Below, piece after piece: positions 28,901-44,300 of a stretch of 64,000 nucleotides of DNA. The notes under the pieces are model-generated. The model searched no databases, had not been told where the DNA came from, and worked only from the letters and a program-made list of their open reading frames with translations. Made by a program: the position numbers and the translations under genes. The stretch is taken from positions 20,150,001 to 20,214,000 of the forward strand of contig OZ024740.1 of NCBI GenBank assembly GCA_964016885.1, given 5' to 3'. This DNA is from Eledone cirrhosa. Its lineage: Eukaryota. Each line of letters opens with the position of its first letter. Positions within the stretch are counted from its first letter, which is position 1.

Positions 28901-31900
28901 CAGATCCAATGTCTGATACCCAGTTCCAATGTCTGATACCCAGTTCCAATGTCTGATACCCAGTTCCAATATCTGATACCCAGTTCCAATATCTGATACC
29001 TAGTTCCAATGTCTGATAGCCAGTTCCAATGTTTGATACCTAGTTCTAATGTCTGATACCCAGTTCCAATGTTTGATACCTAGTTCCAATGTTTGATACC
29101 CAGTTCCAATGTTTCATACCCAGTTCCAATGTCTGATACCCAGTTCCAATGTCGGATACCCAGTTTCAATGTTTGATACCCAGTTCCAATGTTTGATACC
29201 CAGTTCCAATGTCTGATACCCAGTTCCAATGTCTGATACCTAGTTCGAATGTTTGATAACCAGTTCCAATGTTTGATACCTAGTTCCAATGTCTGATACC
29301 TAGTTCCAATGTTTGATACCTAGTTCCAATGTCTGATACCCAGTTCCAATGTTTGATACCTAGTTCCAACGTTTGATACCCAGTTCCAATGTTTCATACC
29401 CAGTTCCAATGTCTGATATCCAGTTCCAATGTCTGATACCCAGTTCCAATGTTTGATACCCAGTTCCAATGTTTGATACCCAGTTCCAATGTCTGATACC
29501 CAGTTCCAATGTCTGATACCTAGTTCGAATGTTTGATACCCAGTTCCAATGTCTGATACCCAATTCCAATGTTTGATACCCAGTTCCAATGTCTGATACC
29601 CAGTTCCAATATATGATACCCAGTTCCAATGTTTGATACCCAGTTCCAATGTCTGATACCCTGTTCCAATGTCTGATACCCAGTTCCAATGTTTGATACC
29701 CAGTTCCAATGTCTGATACCCAGTGCCAATGTTTCATACCTAGTTCCCATGTTTGATACCCAGTTCCAATGTTTGATACCCAGTTCCAATATCTGATACC
29801 CAGTTCAAATGTCTGATACCCAGTTCCAATGTCTGATACCCAGTTCCAGTGTCTGATACCCAGTTCCAATATCTGATACGCAGTTCCAATGTCTGATACC
29901 CAATTCCAATGTCTGATACCCAGTTCCAATGTCTGATCCCCAGTTCCAATGTCTGATACCCAGTTCCAATATCTGATACGCAGTTCCAATGTTTGATACC
30001 CAGTTCCAATGTGTGATACCCAGTTCCAATGTGTGATACCTAGTTCCAATGTCTGATACCCAGTTACAATGTTTGATACCCAGTTCCAATGTCTGATACG
30101 CAGTTCAAATGTTTGATACCCACTTCCAATATCTGATACCCAGTTCCAATGTTTGATACCCAGTTCCAATGCCTGATACCCAGTTCCAATGTCTGATACC
30201 CAGTTCCAATGTCTGATACCCAGTTCCAATGTTTGATACCTAGTTCCAATGTCTGATACCCAGTTCCAATGTTTGGTACCCAGTTCCAATGTCTGATACG
30301 CAGTTCCAATGTTTGATACCCAGTTCCAATGTCTGATACCCAGTTCCAATGTCTGATACCCAGTTCCAATATCTGATACGCAGTTCCAATGTCTGATACC
30401 TAGTTCCAATATCTGATACCCAGTTCCAATGTCTGATACCCAGTTCCAATGTATGATACCAAGTTTCTATCTCTGATACCTAGTTCCAATGTCTTATACC
30501 CAGTTCCAATGTCTGATACGCAGTTCCAATGTTTGATACCCACTTCCAATATCTGATACCCAGTTCCAATGTTTGATACCCAGTTCCAATGTTTGATACC
30601 CAGTTCCAATGCCTGATACCCAGTTCCAATGTCTGATACCCAGTTCCAATGTCTGATACCCAGTTCCAATGTTTGATACCCAGTTCCAATGTCTGATACC
30701 CAGTTCCAATGTCTGAACCCAGCTCCAATGTCTGATACCCAGTTCCAATGTTTGATACCCAGTTCCAATGTGTGATACCCAGTTCCAATGTGTGATACCT
30801 AGTTCCAATGTCTGATACCCAGTTACAATGTTTGATACCCAGTTCCAATGTTTGATACCCAGTTCCAATGTCTGATACCCAGTTCCAATGTTTTGATACC
30901 TAGTTCCAATGTTTGATACCCTGTTCCAATGTTTGATACCCAGTTCCAATGTCTGATACCCAGTTCCAATCTCTGATACCCAGTTCCAATATCTGATACC
31001 CAGTTCCAATGTTTGATAACCAGTTCCAATGTTTGATACCCAGTTCCAATGTCTCATACCCAGTTCCAATGTCTGATACCTAGTTCGAATGTTTGATACC
31101 TAGTTCCAATGTCTGATACCCAGTTCCAATGTCTGATACCCAGTTCCAATGTCTGATATCGAGTTCCAATGTTTGATACCCAGTTCCAATGTCTGATACC
31201 CAGTTCCAATGTCTGATACCCAGTTCCAATGTTTGATACCCAGTTCCAATGTCTGATCCCCAGTTCCAATGTCTGATACCCAGTTCCAATATCTGATACC
31301 CAGTTCCAATGTTTGATACCTAGTTCCAATGTTTGATACCGAGTTCCAATGTTTGATACCCAGTTCCAATGTCTGATAGCCAGTTCCAATGTCTGATACC
31401 TAGTTCCAATGTTTGATACCTAGTTCCAATCTCTGATACCCAGTTCCAATGTGTGATAACCAGTTCCAATATCTGATACCCAGTTCCAATGTTTGATACC
31501 TAATTCCAATGTCTGATACCCAGTTCCAATGTTTGATAACCAGTTCCAATGTTTGATACCTAGTTCCAATGTCTGATACCTAGTTCCAATGTTTGATACC
31601 TAGTTCTAATGTCTGATACCCAGTTCCAATGTTTGATACCTAGTTCCAATGTTTGATACCCAGTTCCAATGTTTCATACCCAGTTCCAATGTCTGATACC
31701 CAGTTCCAATGTCGGATACCCAGTTTCAATGTTTGATACCCAGTTCCAATGTTTGATACCCAGTTCCAATGTCTGATACCCAGTTCCAATGTCTGATACC
31801 TAGTTCGAATGTTTGATACCCAGTTCCAATGTCTGATACCCAATTCCAATGTTTGATACCCAGTTCCAATGTCTGATCCCCAGTTCCAATATCTGATACC

Positions 31901-32390
31901 CAGTTCCAATATCTGATACCCAGTTCCAATGTTTGATACCCAGTTCCAATGTCTGATACCCTGTTCCAATGTCTGATACCCAGTTCCAATGTTTGATACC
32001 CAGTTCCAATATCTGATACCCAGTTCAAATGTCTGATACCCAGTTCCAATGTCTGATACCCAGTTCCAATGTCTGATACCCAGTTCCAATATCTGATACG
32101 CAGTTCCAATGTCTGATACCCAATTCCAATGTCTGATACCCAATTCCAATGTCTGATACTCAGTTCCAATATCTGATACCCAGTTCCAATATATGTTACC
32201 CAGTTCCAATATCTGATACCCAGTTCCAATGTCTGATACCCAGTTCCAATGTCTGATACCCAGATCCAATGTCTGATACCCAGTTCCAATGTCTGATACC
32301 CAGTTCCAATGTCTGATACCCAGTTCCAATATCTGATACCCAGTTCCAATATCTGATACCTAGTTCCAATGTCTGATAGCCAGTTCCAAT
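25911..32390. repeat. Near-tandem higher-order duplication of a ~3.1-kb satellite block (offset 3340, then 3360)
   Basis: Identical ORF translations at 25980/29320, 27060/30400, 27714/31054 and 28440/31800. Rare variants are shared (CAGTGCCAAT, GTCTGAACCCAGCTCC, ATATGTTACC). Confidence 0.93.
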
Positions 32391-35300
32391 GTCTGATACG
32401 CAGTTCCAATGTATGATACCTAGTTCCAATGTATGATACCCAGTTCCAATGTATGATACCAAGTTCCAATGTCTGATACCTAGTTCCAATGTCTGATACC
32501 CAATTCCAATGTCTGATACCCAGTTCCAATATCTGATACCCAGTTCCAATGTCTGATACCCAGTTCCAATGCCTGATACCCAGTTCCAATGTCTGATACC
32601 TAGTTCCAATGTCTGATACCCAGTTCCAATGTTTGATACCCAGTTCCAATGTCTGATACCCAGTTCCAATGTATGATACCTAGTTCGAATGTTTGATACC
32701 CAGTTCCAATGTCTGATACCCAGTTCCAATGTTTGATACACAGTTCCAATGTCTGATCCCCAGTTCCAATATCTGATACCCAGTTCCAATATCTGATACC
32801 CAGTTCCAATGTTTGATACCCAGTTCCAATATCTGATACCCAGTTCCAATATCTGATACCCTGTTCCAATGTCTGATACCCAGTTCCAATGTTTGATACC
32901 CAGTTCCAATGTCTGATACCCAGTTCCAATGTTTGATACCTAGTTCCAATGTTTGATACCCAGTTCCAATGTTTGATACCCAGTTCCAATGTCTGATACC
33001 TAGTTCCAATGTTTGATACCTAGTTCCAATGTCTGATACCCAGTTCCAATGTTTCATAACCAGTTCCAATATCTGATACACAGTTCCGATGTCTGATGCC
33101 CAGTTCCAATGTTTGATACCTAGTTCCAATGTCTGATACCCAGTTCCAATGTTTGATACCCAGTTCCAATGTTTGATACCCAGTTCCAATATCTGATACC
33201 CAGTTCAAATGTCTGGTACCCAGTTCCAATGTCTGATACCCAGTCCCAATATCTGATACCCAGTTCCAATATCTGATACGCAGTTCCAATGTCTGATACC
33301 CAATTCCAATGTCTGATACCCAGTTCCAATGTCTGATACTCAGTTCCAATATCTGATACCCAGTTCCAATGTATGATACATAGTTCCAATATCTGATACC
33401 CAGTTCCAATGTCTGATACCCAGTTCCAATGTCTGATACCCAGTTCCAATGTCTGATACCCAGTTCCAATGTCTGATACCCAGTTCCAATATCTGATACC
33501 CAGTTCCAGTATCTGATACCCAGTTCCAATGTCTGATACCCAGTTCCAATGTCTGATACCCAGTTCCATTGTATGATACCTAGTTCCAATGTCTGATACC
33601 CAGTTCCAATGTATGATACCCAGTTCCAATGTGTGATACCCAGTTCCAATGTCTGATACCTTGTTCCAATGTCTGATACCCAGTCCCAATGTTTGATACC
33701 CAGTTCCAATGTCTGATACCCAGTTCCAATGTCTGATACCCAATTCCAATGTCTGATACCCAGTTCCAATTTCTGATACCCAGTTCCAATGTCTGATACC
33801 CAGTTCCAATGTCTGATACTCAGTTCCAATGTCTGATACCCAGTTCCAATGTCTGATACCCAGTTCCAATGTCTGATACCCAGTTCCAATGTCTGATACC
33901 CAGTTCCAATGTCTGATACTCAGTTCCAATGTCTGATACCCAGTTCCAATGTCTGATACCCAATTCCAATGTTTGATACCCAGTTCCAATGTCTGATACC
34001 CAGTTCCAATGTATGATACCCAGTTCCAATGTCTGATACCCAGTTCCAATGTCTGATAGCCAGTTCCAATGTCTGATACTCAGTTCCAATGTCTGATACC
34101 CAGTTCCAATGTCTGATACCCAGTTCCAATGTCTGATACCCAGTTCCAATGTATGATACCCAGTTCCAATGTCTGATACCCAGTTCCAATGTCTGATACT
34201 CAGTTCCAATGTCTGATACCCAGTTCCAATGTCTGATACCCAGTTCCAATATCTGATACCCAGTTCCAATGTATGATACCCAATTCCAAAATCTGATACC
34301 CAGTTCCAATGTCTGATACCCAGTTCCAATATCTGATACCTAGTTCCAATGTCTGATACCCAGTTCCAATGTCTGATACCTAGTTCCAATATCTGATACC
34401 CAGTTCCAATATCTGATACCCAGTTCCAATGTATGATACCCAATTCCAATATCTGATACCTAGTTCCAATGTCTGATACCCAGTTCCAATGTCTGATACC
34501 CAGTTCCAATGTCTGATACCCAATTCCAATGTCTGATACCCAGTTCCAATGTCTGATACCCAGTTCCAATGTCTGATACCCAGTTCCAATGTTTGATACC
34601 CAGTTCCAATGTCTGATACCCAGTTCGAATGTGTGATACCCAGTTCCAATGTCTGATACCCAGTTCCAATGTGTGATACCCAATTCCAATGTCTGATTCC
34701 CAGTTCCAATGACTGATACCCAGTTCCAATGTCTGATACCCAGTTCCAATGTCTGATCCCCAGTTCCAATGTCTGATACCCAGTTCCAATATCTGATACC
34801 CAGTTCCAATGTCTGATACCCAATTCCAATGTCTGATACCCAGTTCCAATGTTTGATACCCAGTTCCAATGTCTGATACCCAGTTCCAATGTTTGATACT
34901 CAGTTCCAATGTTTGATACCCAGTTCCAATGTCTGATACCCAGTTACAATGTCTGATACCCAGTTCCAATGTTTGATACCCAGTTCCAATGTTTGATACC
35001 CAGTTCCAATGTCTGATTCCCAGTTCCAATGTCTGATACCCAGTTCCAATGTCTGATACCTAGTTCCAATGTTTGATACCTAGTTCCAATGTCTGATACC
35101 CAGTTCCAATGTGTGATACCCAATTCCAATGTTTGATACCCAGTTCCAATGTCTGATACCCAGTTCCAATGTTTGATAACCAGTTCCAATGTTTGATACC
35201 CAGTTCCAATATCTGATACCCAGTTCCAATGTCTGATACCCAGTTGCAATGTCTGATACCCAGTTCCAATGTCTGATACCCAGTTCCAATGTATGATACC

Positions 35301-38300
35301 CAGTTCCAATGTTTGATACCAGTTCCAATATCTGATACCCAGTTCCAATGTCTGATACCCAGTTCCAATGTTTGATACCCAGTTCCAATGTTTGATACCC
35401 AGTTCCAATATCTGATACCCAGTTCCAATGTCTGATACCTAGTTCCAATGTTTGATACCCAGTTCCAATGTCTGATACCCAGTTCCAATGTCTGATACCC
35501 AGTTCCAATATCTGATACCCAGTTTCTATGTCTGATACCCAGTTCCAATATCTGATACCCAGTTCCAATGTCTGATACCCAGTTCCAATATCTGATACCC
35601 AGTTCCAATATCTGATACCTAGTTCCAATGTCTGATACCCAGTTCAAATGTCAGATACCCAGTTCCAATGTATGATACCTAGTTCCAACGTCTGATACCC
35701 AGTTCCAATGTATGATACCCAGTTCCAATGTGTGATACCCAGTTCCAATGTCTGATACCGAGTTCCAATGTCTGATACCCAGTCCCAATGTTTGATACCC
35801 AGTTCCAATGTCTGATACCCAGTTCCAATGTCTGATACCCAATTCCAATGTCTCATACCCAGTTCCAATGTCTGATACCCAGTTCCAATGTCTGATACCC
35901 AGTTCCAATGTCTGATACTCAGTTCCAATGTCTGATACCCAGTTCCAACGTCTGATACCCAGTTCCAACGTCTGATACCCAGTTCCAATGTCTGATACCC
36001 AGTTCCAATGTCTGATACTCAGTTCCAATGTCTGATACCCAGTTCCAATGTCTGATACCCAATTCCAATGTTTGATACCCAGTTCCAATGTCTGATACCC
36101 AGTTCCAATGTATGATACCCAGTTCCAATGTCTGATACCCAGTTCCAATGTCTGATAGCCAGTTCCAATGTCTGATACTCAGTTCCAATGTCTGATACCC
36201 AGTTCCAATGTCTGATACCCAGTTCCAATGTCTGATACCCAGTTCCAATGTATGATACCCAGTTTCAATGTCTGATACCCAGTTCCAATGTCTGATACTC
36301 AGTTCCAATGTCTGATACCCAGTTCCAATGTCTGATACCCAGTTCCAATATCTGATACCCAGTTCCAATGTATGATACCCAATTCCAAAATCTGATACCC
36401 AGTTCCAATGTCTGATACCCAGTTCCAATATCTGATACCTAGTTCCAATGTCTGATACCCAGTTCCAATATCTAATACCTAGTTCCAATATCTGATACCA
36501 AGTTCCAATATCTGATACCCAGTTCCAATGTCTGATACCTAGTTCCAATGTTTGATACCCAGTTCCAATGTCTGATACCCAGTTCCAATGTCTGATTCCC
36601 AGTTCCAATATCTGATACCCAGTTTCTATGTCTGATACCCAGTTCCAATATCTGATACCCAGTTCCAATGTCTGATACCCAGTTCCAATATCTGATACCC
36701 AGTTCCAATATCTGATACCTAGTTCCAATGTCTGATACCCAGTTCCAATGTCTGATACCCAGTTCCAATGTATGATACCTAGTTCCAATGTCTGATACCC
36801 AGTTCCAATGTATGATACCCAGTTCTAATGTGTGATACCCAGTTCCAATGTCTGATACCTAGTTCCAATGTCTGATACCCAGTCCCAATGTTTGATACCC
36901 AGTTCCAATGTCTGATACCCAGTTCCAATGTCTGATACCCAATTCCAATGTCTGATACCCATTTCCAATGTCTGATACCCAGTTCCAATGTCTGATACCC
37001 AGTTCCAATGTCTGATACTCAGTTCCAATGTCTGATACCCAGTTCCAATGTTTCATACCCAGTTCCAATGTCTGATACCCTGTTCCAATGTTTGATACCC
37101 AGTTCCAATGTTTGATACCCAGTTCCAATGTCTGATACCCAGTTCCAATGTCTGATACCTAGTTCGAATGTTTGATACCCAGTTCCAATGTCTGATACCC
37201 AATTCCAATGTTTGATACCCAGTTCCAATGTCTGATCCCCAGTTCCAATATCTGATACCCAGTTCCAATATCTGATACCCAGTTCCAATGTTTGATACCC
37301 AGTTCCAATGTCTGATACCCTGTTCCAATGTCTGATACCCAGTTCCAATGTTTGATACCCAGTTCCAATGTCTGATACCCAGTTCCAATGTTTCATACCT
37401 GGTTCCCATGTTTGATACCCAGTTCCAATGTTTGATACCCAGTTCCAATATCTGATACCCAGTTCAAATGTCTGATACCCAGTTCCAATGTCTGTAACCA
37501 GTTCCAATGTCTGATACCCAGTTCCAATATCTGATACGCAGTTCCAATGTCTGATACCCAATTCCAATGTCTGATACCCAGTTGCAATGTCTGATACTCA
37601 GTTCCAATATCTGATACCCAGTTCCAATGTATGTTACCCAGTTCCAATATCTGATACCCAGTTCCAATGTCTGATACCCAGTTCCAATGTCTGATACCCA
37701 GATCCAATGTCTGATACCCAGTTCCAATGTCTGATACCCAGTTCCAATGTCTGATACCCAGTTCCAATATCTGATACCCAGTTCCAATATCTGATACCTA
37801 GTTCCAATGTCTGATAGCCAGTTCCAATGTCTGATAGTCAGTTCCAATGTCTGATACCCAGTTCCAATGTCTGATACCCAGTTCCAATGTCTGATACCCA
37901 GTTCCAATGTCTGATACCTAGTTCCAATGTCTGATACCCAGTTCCAATGTTTGATACCCAGTTCCAATGTCTGATACCCAGTTCCAATGTATGATACCTA
38001 GTTCGAATGTTTGATACCCAGTTCCAATGTCTGATACCCAGTTCCAATGTTTGATACACAGTTCCAATGTCTGATCCCCAGTTCCAATATCTGATACCCA
38101 GTTCCAATATCTGATACCCAGTTCCAATGTTTGATACCCAGTTCCAATATCTGATACCCAGTTCCAATGTCTGATACCCTGTTCCAATGTCTGATACCCA
38201 GTTCCAATGTTTGATACCCAGTTCCAATGTCTGATACCCAGTTCCAATGTTTGATACCTAGTTCCAATGTTTGATACCCAGTTCCAATGTTTGATACCCA

Positions 38301-41300
38301 GTTCCAATGTCTGATACCTAGTTCCAATGTTTGATACCTAGTTCCAATGTCTGATACCCAGTTCCAATGTTTGATAACTAGTTCCAATATCTGATACACA
38401 GTTCCAATGTCTGATGCCCAGTTCCAATGTTTGATACCCAGTTCCAATGTCTGATACCCAGTTCCAATGTTTGATACCCAGTTCCAATGTTTGATACCCA
38501 GTTCCAATATCTGATACCCAGTTCAAATGTCTGGTACCCAGTTCCAATGTCTGATACCCCGTTCCAATATCTGATACCCAGTTCCAATATCTGATACGCA
38601 GTTCCAATGTCTGATACCCAATTCCAATGTCTGATACCCAGTTCCAATGTGTGATACCCAGTTCCAATGTCTGATACCCAGTTCCAATGTCTGATACCCA
38701 GTTCCAATATCTGATACCCAGTTCCAGTATCTGATACCTAGTTCCAATGTCTGATACCCAGTTCCAATGTCTGATACCCAGTTCCAATGTATGATACCTA
38801 GTTCCAATGTCTGATACCCAGTTCCAATGTATGATACCCAGTTCCAATGTGTGATACCCAGTTCCAATGTCTGATACCTTGTTCCAATGTCTGATACCCA
38901 GTCCCAATGTTTGATACCCAGTTCCAATGTCTGATACCAAGTTCCAATGTCTGATACCCAATTCCAATGTCTGATACCCAGTTCCAATTTCTGATACCCA
39001 GTTCCAATGTCTGATACCCAGTTCCAATGTCTGATACTCAGTTCCAATGTCTGATACCCAGTTCCAATGTCTGATACCCAGTTCCAATGTCTGATACCCA
39101 GTTCCAATGTCTGATACCCAGTTCCAATGTCTGATACTCAGTTCCAATGTCTGATACCCAGTTCCAATGTCTGATACCCAATTCCAATGTTTGATACCCA
39201 GTTCCAATGTCTGATACCCAGTTCCAATGTATGATACCCTGTTCCAATGTCTGATACCCAGTTCCAATGTCTGATAGCCAGTTCCAATGTCTGATACTCA
39301 GTTCCAATGTCTGATACCCAGTTCCAATGTCTGATACCCAGTTCCAATGTCTGATACCCAGTTCCAATGTATGATACCCAGTTCCAATGTCTGATACCCA
39401 GTTCCAATGTCTGATACTCAGTTCCAATGTCTGATACCCAGTTCCAATGTCTGATACCCAGTTCCAATATCTGATACCCAGTTCCAATGTATGATACCCA
39501 ATTCCAAAATCTGATACCCAGTTCCAATGTCTGATACCCAGTTCCAATATCTGATACCTAGTTCCAATGTCTGATACCCAGTTCCAATGTCTGATACCTA
39601 GTTCCAATATCTGATACCCAGTTCCAATATCTGATACCCAGTTCCAATGTATGATACCCAATTCCAATATCTGATACCTAGTTCCAATGTCTGATACCCA
39701 GTTCCAATGTCTGATACCCAGTTCCAATGTCTGATACCCAATTCCAATGTCTGATACCCAGTTCCAATGTCTGATACCCAGTTCCAATGTCTGATACCCA
39801 GTTCCAATGTTTGATACCCAGTTCCAATGTCTGATACCCAGTTCGAATGTGTGATACCCAGTTCCAATGTCTGATACCCAGTTCCAATGTGTGATACCCA
39901 GTTCCAATGTCTGATACCCAGTTCCAATGACTGATACCCAGTTCCAATGTCTGATACCCAGTTCCAATGTCTGATCCCCAGTTCCAATGTCTGATACCCA
40001 GTTCCAATATCTGATACCCAGTTCCAATGTCTGATACCCAGTTCCAATATCTGATACCCAGTTCCAATATCTGATACCTAGTTCCAATGTCTGATACCCA
40101 GTTCCAATGTCTGATACCCAGTTCCAATGTATGATACCTAGTTCCAATGTCTGATACCCAGTTCCAATGTATGATACCCAGTTCCAATGTGTGATACCCA
40201 GTTCCAATGTCTGATACCTAGTTCCAATGTCTGATACCCAGTCCCAATGTTTGATACCCAGTTCCAATGTCTGATACCCAGTTCCAATGTCTGATACCCA
40301 ATTCCAATGTCTGATACCCAGTTCCAATGTCTGATACCCAGTTCCAATGTCTGATACCCAGTTCCAATGTCTGATACTCAGTTCCAATGTCTGATACCCA
40401 GTTCCAATGTCTGATACCCAGTTCCAATGTCTGATACCCAGTTCCAATGTCTGATACTCAGTTCCAATGTCTGATACCCAGTTCCAATGTCTGATACCCA
40501 ATTCCAATGTTTGATACCCAGTTCCAATGTCTGATACCCAGTTCCAATGTATGATACCCAGTTCCAATGTCTGATAGCCAGTTCCAATGTCTGATAGCCA
40601 GTTCCAATGTCTGATACTCAGTTCCAATGTCTGATACCCAGTTCCAATGTCTGATACCCAGTTCCAATGTCTGATACCCAGTTCCAATGTATGATACCCA
40701 GTTCCAATGTCTGATACCCAGTTCCAATGTCTGATACTCAGTTCCAATGTCTGATACCCAGTTCCAATATCTGATACCCAGTTCCAATGTATGATACCCA
40801 ATTCCAAAATCTGTTACCCAGTTCCAATGTCTGATACCCAGTTCCAATATCTGATACCTAGTTCCAATGTCTGATACCCAGTTCCAATATCTGATACCTA
40901 GTTCCAATATCTGATACCCAGTTCCAATATCTGATACCCAGTTCCAATGTATGATACCCAATTCCAATATCTGATACCTAGTTCCAATGTCTGATACCCA
41001 GTTCCAATGTCTGATACCCAGTTCCAATGTCTAATACCCAATTCCAATGTCTGATACCCAGTTCCAATGTCTGATACCCAGTTCCAATGTCTGATACCCA
41101 GTTCCAATGTTTGATACCCAGTTCCAATGTCTGATACCCAGTTCGAATGTGTGATACCCAGTTCCAATGTCTGATACCCAGTTCCAATGTGTGATACCCA
41201 GTTCCAATGTCTGATACCCAGTTCCAATGACTGATACCCAGTTCCAATGTCTGATACCCAGTTCCAATGTCTGATCCCCAGTTCCAATGTCTGATACCCA

Positions 41301-44300
41301 GTTCCAATGTCTGATACCCAGTTCCAATGTCTGATACCCAGTTCCAATGTATGATACCCAGTTCCAATGTCTGATACCCAGTTCCAATGTCTGATACTCA
41401 GTTCCAATGTCTGATACCCAGTTCCAATGTCTGATACCCAGTTCCAATATCTGATACCCAGTTCCAATGTATGATACCCAATTCCAAAATCTGATACCCA
41501 GTTCCAATGTCTGATACCCAGTTCCAATATCTGATACCTAGTTCCAATGTCTGATACCCAGTTCCAATGTCTGATACCTAGTTCCAATATCTGATACCCA
41601 GTTCCAATATCTGATACCCAGTTCCAATGTATGATACCCAATTCCAATATATGATACCTAGTTCCAATGTCTGATACCCAGTTCCAATGTCTGATACCCA
41701 GTTCCAATGTCTGATACCCAATTCCAATGTCTGATACCCAGTTCCAATGTCTGATACCCAGTTCCAATGTCTGATACCCAGTTCCAATGTTTGATACCCA
41801 GTTCCAATGTCTGATACCCAGTTCGAATGTGTGATACCCAGTTCCAATGTCTGATACCCAGTTCCAATGTGTGATACCCAGTTCCAATGTCTGATACCCA
41901 GTTCCAATGACTGATACCCAGTTCCAATGTCTGATACCCAGTTCCAATGTCTGATCCCCAGTTCCAATGTCTGATACCCAGTTCCAATATCTGATACCCA
42001 GTTCCAATGTCTGATACCCAATTCCAATGTCTGATACCCAGTTCCAATGTTTGATACCCAGTTCCAATGTCTGATACTCAGTTCCAATGTTTGATACCCA
42101 GTTCCAATGTCTGATACCCAGTTACAATGTCTGATACCCAGTTCCAATGTTTGATACCCAGTTCCAATGTTTGATACCCAGTTCCAATGTCTGATTCCCA
42201 GTTCCAATGTCTGATACCCAGTTCCAATGTCTGATACCTAGTTCCAATGTTTGATACCTAGTTCCAATGTCTGATACCCAGTTCCAATGTGTGATACCCA
42301 ATTCCAATGTTTGATACCCAGTTCAAATGTCTGATACCCAGTTCCAATGTTTGATAACCAGTTCCAATGTTTGATACCCAGTTCCAATATCTGATACCCA
42401 GTTCCAATGTCTGATACCCAGTTCCAATGTCTGATACCCAGTTCCAATGTCTGATACCCAGTTCTAATGTATGATACCCAGTTCCAATGTTTGATACCAG
42501 TTCCAATATCTGATACCCAGTTCCAATGTCTGATACCTAGTTCCAATGTTTGATACCCAGTTCCAATGTTTGATACCCAGTTCCAATGTCTGATACCCAG
42601 TTCCAATGTCTGATACCCAGTTCCAATGTATGATACCCAGTTCCAATGTTTGATACCCAGTTCCAATATCTGATACCCAGTTCCAATGTCTGATACCTAG
42701 TTCCAATGTTTGATACCCAGTTCCAATGTCTGATACCCAGTTCTAATGTCTGATACCCAGTTCCAATATCTGATACCCAGTTTCTATGTCTGATACCCAG
42801 TTCCAATATCTGATACCCAGTTCCAATGTCTGATACCCAGTTCCAATATCTGATACCCAGTTCCAATATCTGATACCTAGTTCCAATGTCTGATACCCAG
42901 TTCCAATGTCTGATACCCAGTTCCAATGTATGATACCTAGTTCCAATGTCTGATACCCAGTTCCAATGTATGATACCCAGTTCCAATGTGTGATTCCCAG
43001 TTCCAATGTTTGATACCTAGTTCCAATGTCTGATACCCAGTCCCAATGTTTGATACCCAGTTCCAATGTCTGATACCCAGTTCCAATGTCTGATACCCAA
43101 TTCCAATGTCTGATACCCAGTTCCAATGTCTGATACCCAGTTCCAATGTCTGATACCCAGTTCCAATGTCTGATACTCAGTTCCAATGTCTGATACCCAG
43201 TTCCAATGTCTGATACCCAGTTCCAATGTCTGATACCCAGTTCCAATGTCTGATACTCAGTTCCAATGTCTGATACCCAGTTCCAATGTCTGATACCCAG
43301 TTCCAATGTCTGATACCCAGTTCCAATGTCTGATAGCCAGTTCCAATGTCTGATACTCAGTTCCAATGTCTGATACCCAGTTCCAATGTCTGATACCCAG
43401 TTCCAATGTCTGATACCCAGTTCCAATGTATGATACCCAGTTCCAATGTCTGATACTCAGTTACAATGTCTGATACCCAGTTCCAATGTCTGATACCCAG
43501 TTCCAATATCTGATACCCAGTTCCAATGTATGATACCCAATTCCAAAATCTGATACCCAGTTCCAATGTCTGATACCCAGTTCCAATATCTGATACCCAG
43601 TTCCAATGTCTGATACCCAGTTCCAATATCTGATACCTAGTTCCAATATCTGATACCCAGTTCCAATATCTGATACCCAGTTCCAATGTCTGATACCTAG
43701 TTCCAATGTTTGATACCCAGTTCCAATGTCTGATACCCAGTTCCAATGTCTGATACCCAGTTCCAATATCTGATACCCAGTGTCTATGTCTGATACCCAG
43801 TTCCAATATCTGATACCCAGTTCCAATGTCTGATACCCAGTTCCAATATCTGATACCCAGTTCCAATATCTGATACCTAGTTCCAATGTCTGATACCCAG
43901 TTCCAATGTCTGATACCCAGTTCCAATGTATGATACCCAGTTCCAATGTTTGATACCAGTTCCAATATCTGATACCCAGTTCCAATGTCTGATACCCAGT
44001 TCCAATGTATGATACCCAGTTCCAATGTTTGATACCCAGTTCCAATATCTGATACCCAGTTCCAATGTCTGATACCTAGTTCCAATGTTTGATACCCAGT
44101 TCCAATGTCTGATACCCAGTTCCAATATCTGATACCCAGTTTCTATGTCTGATACCCAGTTCCAATATCTGATACCCAGTTCCAATGTCTGATACCCAGT
44201 TCCAATATCTGATACCCAGTTCCAATATCTGATACCTAGTTCCAATGTCTGATACCCAGTTCCAATGTCTGATACCCAGTTCCAATGTATGATACCTAGT

